This document shows, one piece after another, positions 7,506 to 17,797 of a stretch of DNA of 64,000 nt. Below the pieces are notes generated by a model. The model did no database searches. It was not told the DNA's origin and saw only the letters and a list, made by a program, of their open reading frames with translations. The DNA is from Clostridia bacterium. Its GTDB lineage: Bacteria; Bacillota; Clostridia; UMGS1810. Within the stretch, counting starts at the first letter, position 1. Each line of letters starts with the position of its first letter. The stretch covers positions 13,991 through 77,990 of the forward strand of contig JAZQBI010000069.1 in the NCBI GenBank assembly GCA_045545635.1, given 5' to 3'. A program made the position numbers and the translations under genes.

Positions 7506-9746
7506 TTAATTGGTTTTGGAGGCTACGATAATACGAACCATACCGCCGGCGCTTGTATCCTTGTCATAAAAAGCTGTAAGCTTGAAGCTATTGGTGTTTA
7601 TGACTTCGTTTATGGAGATTATTGTATAATTGTTATCGGAATCTTTGTGATAGACGGTAACATCATCACTTATCTTGTATGTTTTTGAGGGTGTTTTGAG
7701 GGTAGTTTCCGATACAATAGTTATTTCTTCTTTTATTTCGGAAATTGCTTTCATATTCTGGATATTTCCGGAGGCTGTAAGATCAAATTTTGCACCCTGT
7801 CCCTTTTTAACACTGTATAGTATTCCCGATGAGGTATAATTTGATAATTTACCGCCGATGTCGAATTCGTATATTCCGGTAAGATTGAGTCCCATCGACA
7901 TATTTTCCGCTTTTCTGATAATTCCGTATGAGTACATATCCCCCGTTACGTCTGCAAGAATAAGGCTCTCTAATTGATTCATGGAGTTTTTCTCACAGTG
8001 CAGTATTTGGTCGGAAGATATTCTTACACCATCCAGCCTTTCCGGAAAAACAGTAATATAATTTGCTTCCTTGTCGGGGTCTGTGGTGGAGACATCAAGA
8101 ATTTTGAGAGAATCAGACAGAGCATCACCGCCAAGACTTTTGTTTTTCCAATCAAATATGCCGCTGATTTTAGTGTTTTTGCTTACACTTTCCGGCTTTG
8201 CCTTTCCGTTTTTAAAGGAAAAGCTTTTTACGGAGTTTTTATAGCTTTTGTAATTTTTGTCAGTTTGGTATTCTCGGATTTGACCGTTTGGCAGTACTGC
8301 TTTTACATACATGGAAGTATATTTGCTCAGATTATCCTTCTGATATTCCCTGGAACCTGTCTCAAATATATATCCGTAAACAAAATCATCAGCTTGGGTA
8401 TATGTAAGAACATCGGCAATATCATTCGTTTTTCCAAGGAGCAGAGTTACCGTGTCACCATATTTCAGACTGCCTGAGGAGGAAAGCTTTTTAAAGGCAG
8501 AGTCACCCTCTATTTTGTACTTCGTTCCCGAAACTGTAATATACTCAGGCTCATCTCTGTTTGGTTCTGCGTTTTCGTATATTCCGACAATTTTGTTTGA
8601 ATATGCAAAAATCGTATTGAGACCGGAAACATAGTATAAAATATCATTTTCACTTAAATTTTGTATTGAAGAAAGCTCACCGTTTCTAATTACTCTTGCA
8701 GATGCCCACTCAGGGGAAGTATAACCTGTTTTATAGGTAACGGGGCCGTCGGTATCTCCCTCTTCAAAAATTATATACTTGGAGTCGCATGCATTATTGC
8801 AGTGAACATAGAGTACATCACCCATTTTGATTTCGGATATTTTATTGCTGTATACGGTTTTGGTATCGTCCTCGTAAACTGAAGTATCAGACGGAACAGA
8901 CAGGGTTTCCATATTACCGTTATTGTATGTTATAATATCATTTCCAAGCTTTGAATATACAACGTGCTTTTCGGGTTTGTCTGATGGGTTATCGGGCACA
9001 AAGCCTACAATCGTATCGCCATTTTCCACAAACATATCACCATGAAGACCTGTTATTTCCACTGAAAGAGGTTTCTCTATACTGAAGGTTCCCTTGGAGG
9101 TGTAAATCTCCTTCTTGTTGGTATCGCTAAGGGATATCAGTATGGAATCCTCAATTATTTCGGTATCAAAAATAGTCAGGAGCTTCCCGTTTGAATTTTT
9201 GATTTTTGTGCCGAGTGTGTTGTAGATGAGTGCGGCTGCCTTTTCCCTTGTTAATTCTTCACCGGGTTTTGCATTTGTACCATCAGAAATGCCAAGGTTT
9301 TCGGCAAGTCCCAGTTGTCCGTAAGGCCAGGAATTTCCAAAGTCATCATCTGTATATCCCAAAACTCTCAGGAGCATAGTTACCGCTTCTTCGTAGCTGA
9401 CAAAGTTATCAGGTCTGAAGGTTGAGTCCGTGTAGCCCTTGCAAAAGCCGTTATCAACTCCTGCCTTTATATAGGGAGATGCCCAGTATGTGGCGGGGAC
9501 ATCGCTGTAGGGTGAGGTTTTCAGTCCCGTTGCCACGGTGTTTCGAAACTCTGATGCGGCAACCGCCATCTTGACAAATTCGGCTCTTGTAACCTTTTTA
9601 TCAAGATGAAGGTTGCCGTTTTCGTCTCCGTTCATTATATCCAGCACAGAGAGAAGCTCCGTGACTTTGTCTTGGGAGGAGGCTAGTGCGGTAACAGATG
9701 TAAAAGTAACCGCCAGAGCAAGGATTGGTATAATAATTTTTTTCAC
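7506..9746 (-). CDS. Secreted surface protein with three N-terminal SLH repeats (S-layer paralog)
   Basis: 746 aa, GTG start. Signal peptide MKKIIIPILALAVTFTSVTALA. SLH strings LDIMNGDENGNLHLDKKVTRAEF, YSDVPATYWASPYIKAGVDNGF and FRPDNFVSYEEAVTMLLRVLGY. Starts 21 nt after the FtsX permease stop. Confidence 0.85.
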   Translation of the reverse strand: MKKIIIPILALAVTFTSVTALASSQDKVTELLSVLDIMNGDENGNLHLDKKVTRAEFVKMAVAASEFRNTVATGLKTSPYSDVPATYWASPYIKAGVDNGFCKGYTDSTFRPDNFVSYEEAVTMLLRVLGYTDDDFGNSWPYGQLGLAENLGISDGTNAKPGEELTREKAAALIYNTLGTKIKNSNGKLLTIFDTEIIEDSILISLSDTNKKEIYTSKGTFSIEKPLSVEITGLHGDMFVENGDTIVGFVPDNPSDKPEKHVVYSKLGNDIITYNNGNMETLSVPSDTSVYEDDTKTVYSNKISEIKMGDVLYVHCNNACDSKYIIFEEGDTDGPVTYKTGYTSPEWASARVIRNGELSSIQNLSENDILYYVSGLNTIFAYSNKIVGIYENAEPNRDEPEYITVSGTKYKIEGDSAFKKLSSSGSLKYGDTVTLLLGKTNDIADVLTYTQADDFVYGYIFETGSREYQKDNLSKYTSMYVKAVLPNGQIREYQTDKNYKSYKNSVKSFSFKNGKAKPESVSKNTKISGIFDWKNKSLGGDALSDSLKILDVSTTDPDKEANYITVFPERLDGVRISSDQILHCEKNSMNQLESLILADVTGDMYSYGIIRKAENMSMGLNLTGIYEFDIGGKLSNYTSSGILYSVKKGQGAKFDLTASGNIQNMKAISEIKEEITIVSETTLKTPSKTYKISDDVTVYHKDSDNNYTIISINEVINTNSFKLTAFYDKDTSAGGMVRIIVASKTN

Positions 9747-9767
9747 AAATGGTTCATCCTTTCAGTT

Positions 9768-10955
9768 TTATTCAAACCGCAATGCATCAATGGGATTTAA
9801 TTTTGCGGCTTTTTTTGCAGGCAGAAAGCCAAAGCTTACCCCTATGAGAGTTGATATTCCAAAAGAAAGTGCAATTGCTCCCAAAGACGGAAAAGCACTT
9901 ATATTCATAAGACTTCCCACAAGATTTGACAGCAGTATTCCCAGAATAATCCCGATAACACCGCCCATACAGCTCAGGGTTGCCGCTTCTATAACAAAAA
10001 GAGTAAGTATGTCCCGTTGCCTGGTTCCAAGAGCTTTTCGTATTCCGATTTCCTTTGTTCTTTCGCTGACGGTGACAAGCATTATGTTCATTATTCCGAT
10101 TCCTCCCACAAGGAGAGAAATTCCTGCAATGAAAACCAGTGCCCATGTCAGCATGTCTGTTATGTCGTTGACCATATCACGCAGCTCCTTCATACTTGTC
10201 ACACTGTAGAAGTCGCTGTTTTCAAGTATTTCGTTGAGCTTTGCTTTAATTGTATCTACAACGGCATCCACTGCATCTTCGCTTTCGGCATAAACATTGA
10301 AGCTCCGTATGGCGGAGTCGCCAAGGAGTCTTGTTGCGTTGGTGTAGGGGATGTACATACATTCATCTGCGGAATTTTCGGAGGAATTATCCTTTTCTTC
10401 CAGAACGCCGATTATGGTATAGGGGATTCCGTTAATTTTCACGGTTTCGCCCAGAGCGGAAGTTTTTCCAAATAAATATTCCTGTATGTACGTTCCGATT
10501 ACGCAGACATTCTGGAGTCTTTCCACATCAACGTAATCAAAAAAACGTCCTTCCGAAACAGTAGTCTTTGTCATTTGGGCATACTCTTCGCTGACACCGG
10601 AAACACTTGTTTCCAGAGAGTCGGAATCAAACCTTGTCCTGACTGTTGCACCCACAGAAACAGATGGAGATATCCCTGCAATAATGTCAGGTCTTTCCCG
10701 GCGGATTTCGTAGATATCGTTTGCAGTGACCTTTCTGGAGCCACCTCTGTCACGGATTGATACCGAAACGGTGGTTGTTCCTATTTCGTCAAACATTCCC
10801 GTTACCTCGCCTGTGATACCGTTCATAAGGCTAACAAGAGTTATAACCGACATTACACCGATGATTATACCGAGCATAGTGAGCAGGGAACGGTTTCTGC
10901 TTGCCAGAATATTGCTTATTGACATTTGAAAGCATTTGCTAAGCTTCATTATCAT
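9768..10955 (-). CDS. ABC transporter permease, MacB/FtsX type (YknZ-like)
   Basis: 395 aa. N-terminal TM, large extracytoplasmic domain, and C-terminal FtsX-like TM bundle (ERTKEIGIRKALGTRQRDIL). Confidence 0.85.
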   Translation of the reverse strand: MIMKLSKCFQMSISNILASRNRSLLTMLGIIIGVMSVITLVSLMNGITGEVTGMFDEIGTTTVSVSIRDRGGSRKVTANDIYEIRRERPDIIAGISPSVSVGATVRTRFDSDSLETSVSGVSEEYAQMTKTTVSEGRFFDYVDVERLQNVCVIGTYIQEYLFGKTSALGETVKINGIPYTIIGVLEEKDNSSENSADECMYIPYTNATRLLGDSAIRSFNVYAESEDAVDAVVDTIKAKLNEILENSDFYSVTSMKELRDMVNDITDMLTWALVFIAGISLLVGGIGIMNIMLVTVSERTKEIGIRKALGTRQRDILTLFVIEAATLSCMGGVIGIILGILLSNLVGSLMNISAFPSLGAIALSFGISTLIGVSFGFLPAKKAAKLNPIDALRFE

Positions 10956-11671
10956 TCACCCATACTTTTTCTGATTATTTCGTCGCCCATAGGTTCTCCG
11001 TCATAAACCAGCTTCCCGTCCGACATACGGAGAACCCTCTTTGCCTGAGCGGCAATGCCGTTGTCGTGGGTTACGAGGATTATGGTGTTTCCGAGGTCAT
11101 TTAGCACACGAAGAAAGTCAATGACCTCTTTTCCTGTTTTGGAGTCCAGTGCTCCCGTGGGTTCGTCTGCCAGAATAATAGACGGATCTCCTGCAAGAGC
11201 TCTTGCTATTGACACTCTCTGTTGCTGACCGCCAGATAGCTGAGAGGGCTTGTTTTTGCACTTGTCAAGAAGCCCGACTCTTTCCAGTGCTTTTTTGGCT
11301 CTTTCATTTTGTTCCTGCTCGCTCATTCGTCTGCATATGAGGGGAACCTTTACGTTTTCCAGCACGTTGAGTTTGGGGAGAAGATTGTACTGCTGAAAAA
11401 TGAAACCAAGAGTTATATTCCGTATCCCTGCCAGCTCATCGTCATCCATAGAGCTAACATCGGTACCGTCCAACAGATATGTTCCGCTTGTGGGAGTATC
11501 CAGACATCCGATAATGTTCATACAGGTGGATTTACCGCTTCCCGACTGACCGATTATTGCCACATATTCTCCCTTGTATATGGAGAAGGAAACCCCGTCG
11601 GCGGCTCTGACAACCGTATCACCTACATAATAGGTTTTGTGAACATCTTTAAATTCAACCAGAGGAATCAC
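10952..11671 (-). CDS. ABC transporter ATP-binding protein (MacB/LolD/YknY-like)
   Basis: Walker A GQSGSGKST, signature LSGGQQQRV, Walker B IILADEPT. 4-nt overlaps with both neighbouring genes. Confidence 0.9.
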   Translation of the reverse strand: MIPLVEFKDVHKTYYVGDTVVRAADGVSFSIYKGEYVAIIGQSGSGKSTCMNIIGCLDTPTSGTYLLDGTDVSSMDDDELAGIRNITLGFIFQQYNLLPKLNVLENVKVPLICRRMSEQEQNERAKKALERVGLLDKCKNKPSQLSGGQQQRVSIARALAGDPSIILADEPTGALDSKTGKEVIDFLRVLNDLGNTIILVTHDNGIAAQAKRVLRMSDGKLVYDGEPMGDEIIRKSMGE

Positions 11672-13647
11672 TTTCTGTCACCTCCGCTTGGGGGTTGCAT
11701 ACCGCCCGGTCCCATCATAGGGAATGCCATGCCCGTATTCATTGTTTCGGTTTTTACAATATCATTTTCGGAAAGCCCTGAAATTATTTCTATGTAATTC
11801 TTGTCATTTAATCCGGTTACAACCTTTACACTCTTGTAACCTTCCGGTGCCTTGTCTGTGACATCCTCTTTTTCTCCCACTACATAGACGATATTATCTC
11901 TTGTTACTGCACTTTTGGGTATTGCGGTAACATTCTTTACTTCACCGACTACTATTTCTGCATCTATGTTCATACCGGGCAGGAGGTCATCGTCAAATTC
12001 GGATATAACTATGGTGACAGGATATGAAGTCACGCCGTTTGACTCTGTGCCGTTTATGCTTATGTTGCTTATTTCTCCGAAGTATTCCTTTCCGTTCAGG
12101 GCATCGGCAGTAACTCTCACTTTTTGTCCGGTAGAGATTTTGTTTATGTCAAGCTCGTCAACCATAAGCTCAAATTCAAGTGAGGACATATCATATATCA
12201 CCGCCATAGGCTCCTGACCGGACATGGTGTCAATTTTGTCTCCTGCTTTTATGTTTTTTGTGACAATCTGACCGGAAATAGGTGCGGTAATTCTGTAGTC
12301 GTCATCTGCAGATTTCACCTTTTCCAGATTGTTCAGTGCTTCATCAAGTGCGATTTTTGCATTCTGTATCTGGGATTCGGGAGCGTGCTTACTAAGCTCA
12401 TCCTTGGCTTTGCGGTACACAACATCCGCATCCTCTACAGAAATTTTTGCATTTTCTATCTGTGAATCCAGTGAGTAATCATCCATATTGCTCTTTGCTT
12501 TTTCGAGACCGATTTGGGCATCCTGAAGTGTTATCAGAGCAGTTTCACTCTGGCTCTCAAGAGAAGAGTTTTCCAAAGTGAGAATGATATCTCCGGAGTG
12601 TACAGCGTTCCCTTTTTCTATCATAATATTCTTGACTGTACCGCTTGACTTTGCAGTGATTGTCTTTTCGTTCAAATACTCAAATGTGCCTGCATCATTG
12701 CAATATACGTCTCCGATATTTGCCGTGGCTTTTGCCGAGGCAGAAAGTGCACCGGGGGATTTTACACGGATGATAACCTCCCTCACACGCATGTTGGACT
12801 CCTTTACCCGGGATGCGGTGTTAATTCTTACAACCGTTCCTGCAAGAACTTCTCCGCTTCCGATAATTGTTACTTCCGCAGGCTGATTGGTGCTGATTGC
12901 GGCGACATCGGCTTCATTAAACGGCACCTTGAGATCCAGATATGTATCATTGTATATATGTGCAATGTTCGTGCCTGTGCTGACATAATCTCCCTGCTTA
13001 ACATACAGCTCGCCGATTGTTCCGGCAATATTTGATCTTACATACAGGTTCTGAATATCCTTTTGCAGGGTATCATAATTCTGCTGAGCTTTTTCAACAG
13101 CCAGATAGGCGCTTTCCAGAGTTTTTTCGTTATCGGATGTTCTTTGCTTCTTGGATTTCAGTGCATCATCATATGCCTGTTCAGCTTTTTTCTTTGATAG
13201 CTCTGCACTTTCGAGATTTCTTTTGTTTGCTGTATCGCTTTCTTTTTTGGATTTTGATGCATCATCGTAATTCTGACGGGCACGCATGACTGCCAGCTCC
13301 GCATTTTTTATGTCCTTTTCGATATCGCTCGCATCAATCTGATACAAAAGCTGTCCTTTTGCAACAAGGTCCCCCTCCTCAAAGCCGGCACTTATTACCT
13401 CGCCTGTTACAAGAGAATTTACGGAGTATTCGTCTCTTGGGCGGACAACTGCACTTCCGGTTATGGTAGCGGTTATATCCCGTCTTGAAACCTTGGTCTG
13501 AGCTTTTGCATTTGCATTGGTTTTATCTGCTTTCAAAGCGTTTTTGGCAAAAAAGGCAACACAAAGGACAAGGACTGCAATAAGAATAATTATTGCAATT
13601 TTTTTGCCTTTGCCGATTTTCATTTTATGTGACTCAATTTTTTTCAA
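11668..13647 (-). CDS. HlyD/MacA-family periplasmic adaptor-like protein (YknX-like) with extended coiled coil
   Basis: 659 aa. N-terminal TM followed by a barrel-sandwich/coiled-coil pattern. Internal repeat QNYDDASKSKK.../QAYDDALKSKK.../AQQNYD. TTG start at 13647 lies 8 nt after AGGAGG; an alternative ATG is at 13623. Confidence 0.8.
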   Translation of the reverse strand: MKKIESHKMKIGKGKKIAIIILIAVLVLCVAFFAKNALKADKTNANAKAQTKVSRRDITATITGSAVVRPRDEYSVNSLVTGEVISAGFEEGDLVAKGQLLYQIDASDIEKDIKNAELAVMRARQNYDDASKSKKESDTANKRNLESAELSKKKAEQAYDDALKSKKQRTSDNEKTLESAYLAVEKAQQNYDTLQKDIQNLYVRSNIAGTIGELYVKQGDYVSTGTNIAHIYNDTYLDLKVPFNEADVAAISTNQPAEVTIIGSGEVLAGTVVRINTASRVKESNMRVREVIIRVKSPGALSASAKATANIGDVYCNDAGTFEYLNEKTITAKSSGTVKNIMIEKGNAVHSGDIILTLENSSLESQSETALITLQDAQIGLEKAKSNMDDYSLDSQIENAKISVEDADVVYRKAKDELSKHAPESQIQNAKIALDEALNNLEKVKSADDDYRITAPISGQIVTKNIKAGDKIDTMSGQEPMAVIYDMSSLEFELMVDELDINKISTGQKVRVTADALNGKEYFGEISNISINGTESNGVTSYPVTIVISEFDDDLLPGMNIDAEIVVGEVKNVTAIPKSAVTRDNIVYVVGEKEDVTDKAPEGYKSVKVVTGLNDKNYIEIISGLSENDIVKTETMNTGMAFPMMGPGGMQPPSGGDRK

Positions 13648-13834
13648 TTAAAAAACCTCCTGAGCGTTGTTTAATTATAATATATAAAATTTTTGTACCT
13701 GTTTTCAAGACTTAAGCCGTAATATTTACAAATAATTGATAAATTGGTCATAAAAAATTAAAAATGAATCTTCTTCAGAAAAGAAATTCACAAAAAAGAC
13801 CTCACCCTTTGCTGTAGTGTGAAGTCCGTAAATA

Positions 13835-14698
13835 TTATTTCTTATTTTTCATAGCATAATGCTTTGGGGATATGCCGAATTTATTTTTGAAAGCTTTGCT
13901 GAAAGAGTAGAGCGAGGCATATTTCAGCATATCGGCAACGTGGTTAACCTTTGCTTTGCCCTCGTTGAGAAGAAGCTTGGCGGTTTCCAGCCGTCTTGTC
14001 TGGTAGTAGTTGAGGATGGTATCTCCCGTGCATCTTTTGAACATATTGGAAAGGTAGCTGTAATTGTAGGAGAATTTTTCCGAAAGCACCGAGAGGTTGT
14101 CTATGGTATAGATGTGGGTGTCTATATAGTGCATTATCTGCAGGCACAGTCTGTCGGTGGTCTGTGCACGTCTTGGGGTGCCTGAATCTTCGTTTGCATT
14201 GTAATTGCGGAGTATGAGATAGAGGATTTCCTCAAAAATGCAGGACAGAATCTCAGGATTGTAGCTGAGCTTGGCGGAAAGCTCTGCCACTGCAAGAGAT
14301 ACACAAGCACTAATCTGAGAGCTTGTAAACACTCTGTTTTCATAAGAGCAGATATCGGTTACAATCCGTTTGAGCCCTTTTCGTATTTCGGGATTTCTGG
14401 AATTGAAGGAAAAGAAATCGTACTTGAGCGGATTTTCCACCGAAGATATAATCTGGTGGAAGTCACCGGGGTGGGAGAGGTATATGTCACCTCTTTTTAC
14501 CGGAGTGGGGACATCGTTTGTGTATATGACACCCTCGCCGTTTGTAACCACGGTCAGCTCAAACCAGTCTATGTGTGCGTGCTTTGCAATATCCTCGCCC
14601 GGAGAACAAAAAAGTCTTCCAAGCTGAACAAGCATGGTGTCACGGTAGTACACGGCTTCGCCTACAAAGCTGAAGTCAACATGAAACTTTTTTTGCAC
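13835..14698 (-). CDS. AraC-family transcriptional regulator (cupin + HTH)
   Basis: 287 aa. N-terminal cupin-like region (HAHIDWFELTVVTNGEG) and C-terminal AraC HTH (YSYLSNMFKR...YASLYSFSKAFKNKFGISPKHY). Confidence 0.85.
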   Translation of the reverse strand: MQKKFHVDFSFVGEAVYYRDTMLVQLGRLFCSPGEDIAKHAHIDWFELTVVTNGEGVIYTNDVPTPVKRGDIYLSHPGDFHQIISSVENPLKYDFFSFNSRNPEIRKGLKRIVTDICSYENRVFTSSQISACVSLAVAELSAKLSYNPEILSCIFEEILYLILRNYNANEDSGTPRRAQTTDRLCLQIMHYIDTHIYTIDNLSVLSEKFSYNYSYLSNMFKRCTGDTILNYYQTRRLETAKLLLNEGKAKVNHVADMLKYASLYSFSKAFKNKFGISPKHYAMKNKK

Positions 14699-14890
14699 GG
14701 TATTTGTTCTCCTTTCATAATTTTATAGCTTCATTATAATAAAAACACAAAACAAAATCAACATATTTTGTAGCTGAATTATGCAAAAATGCAATAAAAA
14801 TAAAAAAATGATATGTTTTCGACATTTTGATGGCTTATACCCCAAAGAAAAGATATTGATAAGTAAACGTCAGAGATATATAATTATAAT

Positions 14891-14921
14891 GTATATGTGC
14901 CTTTTTTAGCGGTGTATGTGC
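14891..14921. promoter_or_regulatory. Direct repeat GT(A/G)TATGTGC with 21-bp phasing; candidate AraC operator
   Basis: TATGTGC occurs at 14894-14900 and 14915-14921, immediately upstream of the -35 of the promoter listed next. Confidence 0.45.
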
Positions 14922-14933
14922 AAATTTCGTCCC

Positions 14934-14962
14934 TTTACAAGGATAAAAAATTTTGATAGAAT
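14934..14962 (+). promoter_or_regulatory. Sigma-A-type promoter with extended -10
   Basis: TTTACA (14934-14939), 17-nt spacer, TGaTAGAAT (14954-14962). Confidence 0.5.
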
Positions 14963-14995
14963 AAATTATAACCTGATAGAAAGGATGTTGCGATT

Positions 14996-15841
14996 ATGAA
15001 AAAAATAGGTTTTGTTGATTATTATATCAGTGAATGGCATGCAAATAATTACCCCGAATTTATAAAAAATGTATGCGAAAAGACAGGTCAGGAATTTGAG
15101 GTTGCATATGTATGGGCAGAGGAATATGTATCTCCCGTTGACGGTGTGAATACCGACCAGTGGTGCGAAAAGTTCGGTGCAGAAAAATGCGCTACCATAG
15201 ACGAGCTTTGCGAAAAGAGTGATTACATTGTAGTTCTCTCTCCCGATAACCCCGAAAAGCACCTTGAATACGCAAAGGCTGTTCTTAAATACAAGAAGAA
15301 TACCTACATAGACAAGACTTTTGCACCGGATCTGGAAACCGCAAAGGCTATATTTGCCGAAGCGGAAAAGTATGGTACAAAGTTCTTCTCCACATCGGCA
15401 CTTCGTTGTGCAGATGAATTTGAGGGTGCAGATTGCTCTGAGGGACTTATAGTAACAAGCCATTGTCCCGATATAAGCATATATGCAATACACCCCATCG
15501 AAATTATGGTTTGCCTTATGAAAGCAAAGCCTGTAGCTGTTAAGACTATCGTACAGAACGAAAAGCAGGCTATATCTGTCGTTTCCTTTGAAAACGGAAA
15601 AAAAGCAAGTCTGATATTCGGCTGCGGTTATCCCTTTACAATCAACTGCTGCGGCAAGGATATGAGCTTTGAATATAAGCCTTTGGAATCCGATTTCTTT
15701 GGAAATCTTCTTGCAGATATTCTCAAATTCTTTGAAACCGGCGTAGAACCCTTTGACGGTCAGGAAACATTAAATGTTATCGCAATCCGTGATGCACTTA
15801 TGAAATCCGTTGATGTGCCCGATACCTGGGTTGAAATCTGA
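14996..15841 (+). CDS. Hypothetical protein, possibly Gfo/Idh/MocA-like oxidoreductase fold
   Basis: 281 aa. MKKIGFVDYY...YIVVLSPDNPEKHLEYAKAVLKYKKNTYIDKTFA resembles the N-terminal Rossmann part of that family, but there is no clean GxGxxG. Confidence 0.35.
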   Translation: MKKIGFVDYYISEWHANNYPEFIKNVCEKTGQEFEVAYVWAEEYVSPVDGVNTDQWCEKFGAEKCATIDELCEKSDYIVVLSPDNPEKHLEYAKAVLKYKKNTYIDKTFAPDLETAKAIFAEAEKYGTKFFSTSALRCADEFEGADCSEGLIVTSHCPDISIYAIHPIEIMVCLMKAKPVAVKTIVQNEKQAISVVSFENGKKASLIFGCGYPFTINCCGKDMSFEYKPLESDFFGNLLADILKFFETGVEPFDGQETLNVIAIRDALMKSVDVPDTWVEI

Positions 15842-15854
15842 TTGTGTATCAAAG

Positions 15855-15900
15855 CCTCTCAAATGTGTCCGATAGGGGACATTTGAGGGGTTTTATTATT
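15855..15900 (+). terminator. Rho-independent terminator
   Basis: CCTCTCAAATGTGTCC...GGACATTTGAGGGG imperfect hairpin followed by TTTTATTATTTTT. Confidence 0.75.
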
Positions 15901-15968
15901 TTTAGGTATATACAAAAATCAATTTTTTTGTTATAATTAAAGAAAACCGAAAAAATGAGAGGTGCACT

Positions 15969-17657
15969 ATGAAAAGATTACTCTACGGCGGAACGGTTAT
16001 TAATGTCTTTACGGGGGAAACCGAAAAGGCGAATGTTCTTATAGAAAACGAGACCATAATCGGTGTGGGGGATTATACCCCTGAGGATGCCGATGTAACA
16101 GAGGATGTTTCGGGAAAGTTTATCTGCCCGGGATTTATAGACGGTCACATACATATAGAGAGTACCATGCTTACTCCTGCGGAGCTTGCAAGAGTGTGCG
16201 TTCCCCACGGAACAACGGGAATTGTTGCAGATCCTCACGAAATGGCAAATGTTTGCGGTGTCAAGGGGATAGAATATATGATGGAAGCAAGCGAGGGCAT
16301 TCCCATGACGGTGTATATCACACTGCCGTCATGTGTTCCCGCCACGGCACTTGATGAGTCGGGAGCCTGCCTCAAGGCAGAAGATATAAATCACCTTTAC
16401 AGTCATCCGAGAGTTGTGGGACTTGCAGAAATGATGAATTACCCCGGTGTAATTTTTGACGACAAGGATGTTTGGAAAAAGATTGAGGATGCAAAAAAAG
16501 CCCGCAAAATTGTGGATGGACACGCACCCTTTTTGTCGGGCAGACAGCTCGATAAGTATGTGTCTGCAGGAATTTCCAGCGACCACGAGTGCTCGGACAT
16601 AAACGAAGCTAAAGAAAAGCTCAGAAAAGGTCAGCGGATAATGATAAGACAGGGTACTGCCGCAAGGAATCTGGATGACCTTATTTCCCTTTTTGATCCG
16701 CCGTATAGCAGCAGATGTATGCTTGTAACCGACGACAGACATCCTGCGGACCTTGTGAGCGAGGGACATATAGATAACATAATCCGCCTTGCAGTGGCAA
16801 AGGGCAAATCCCCGATTACGGCAATACAGATGGCAACAATACGCGTGGCAGAGCACTTTGACCTCCGGTTTGTGGGTGCCGTTGCCCCCGGCTACAGAGC
16901 AGATATACTTGTTCTTTCGGACCTTGACACCGTGGAGGTTGAGGATGTGTACACCTATGGAAACAAGGTGGTATGCGGTAAGGAAATCATATCCTTTGAT
17001 ACCCCAAAAATCAGTAGCGAGCTTGAGGAAACTGTCCGTAATTCCTTCCATGTAAGAGAGCTTTGCAAGGAAGATTTTTATATAGAACCAAAAGGTGACA
17101 GGTGCCGTGTTATAGAGATAATACCCGGCCAGCTTATTACAAAGGAAAAGCTTTGCCGCATTAACTGGGACGAAAATAACGGAATTGATACCCAAAGGGA
17201 TATCCTGAAGCTTGCGGTGATAGAAAGACACAAAAACACAGACCACAGAGGTCTTGGCTTTATAAACGGCATAGGTATGAAAAAAGGTGCAATAGCATCG
17301 TCTGTATCCCACGATTCCCACAATATAATTGTTATCGGAACAAATGATGAGGATATGGTGATTGCGGCAAATCACATCCGCAGTTTCGGCGGAAATGTGG
17401 TTGTGGCAGACGGTCAGGTTGTAGAGTATATGGCTCTTCCCATTGGCGGACTTATGACAGACCTTCCTGCCGAAAAAATTGCTCTTGACAACGAAAGAGT
17501 GAGAAATGCCGTGTATGATTTTGGTGTTCCAAAGGAAATAGAGCCCTTTATGAATATGGCGTTTGTGAGCCTGCCTGTTATCCCGTCACTAAAGATGACC
17601 ACCAGGGGACTTGCGGATGTGGATAAGCAGGAGTGGGTACCTCTTTTCAAAAAATGA
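15969..17657 (+). CDS. ade: Adenine deaminase
   Basis: 562 aa. PGFIDGHIHIESTMLTP metal-binding signature and overall amidohydrolase layout typical of Ade/AdeC. Confidence 0.85.
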   Translation: MKRLLYGGTVINVFTGETEKANVLIENETIIGVGDYTPEDADVTEDVSGKFICPGFIDGHIHIESTMLTPAELARVCVPHGTTGIVADPHEMANVCGVKGIEYMMEASEGIPMTVYITLPSCVPATALDESGACLKAEDINHLYSHPRVVGLAEMMNYPGVIFDDKDVWKKIEDAKKARKIVDGHAPFLSGRQLDKYVSAGISSDHECSDINEAKEKLRKGQRIMIRQGTAARNLDDLISLFDPPYSSRCMLVTDDRHPADLVSEGHIDNIIRLAVAKGKSPITAIQMATIRVAEHFDLRFVGAVAPGYRADILVLSDLDTVEVEDVYTYGNKVVCGKEIISFDTPKISSELEETVRNSFHVRELCKEDFYIEPKGDRCRVIEIIPGQLITKEKLCRINWDENNGIDTQRDILKLAVIERHKNTDHRGLGFINGIGMKKGAIASSVSHDSHNIIVIGTNDEDMVIAANHIRSFGGNVVVADGQVVEYMALPIGGLMTDLPAEKIALDNERVRNAVYDFGVPKEIEPFMNMAFVSLPVIPSLKMTTRGLADVDKQEWVPLFKK

Positions 17658-17797
17658 GGACAAAGTTTATAGAAATAACAGATAAGACGATGCACAAAAT
17701 ACACAAGTTATTCTCTTTTTTTACGATTATACAATTCATAGCTTGACATTTGTTTTGAGCTGTGCTTTAATTAGTAAAAATTTTACGGAGGTTTGCT

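Noticed and set aside
15842-15968. Looked for a purine riboswitch upstream of the adenine deaminase gene
   Set aside because: The region holds only a terminator hairpin and A/T-rich promoter-like sequence. There is no three-way junction with the conserved purine-riboswitch loops.
16329-17375. 348-aa ORF on the minus strand inside the adenine deaminase gene
   Set aside because: It is entirely antisense to a well-supported gene. The translation is Cys/His/Tyr/Phe-rich with no motifs, and there is no RBS. This is typical antisense read-through in a codon-biased gene.
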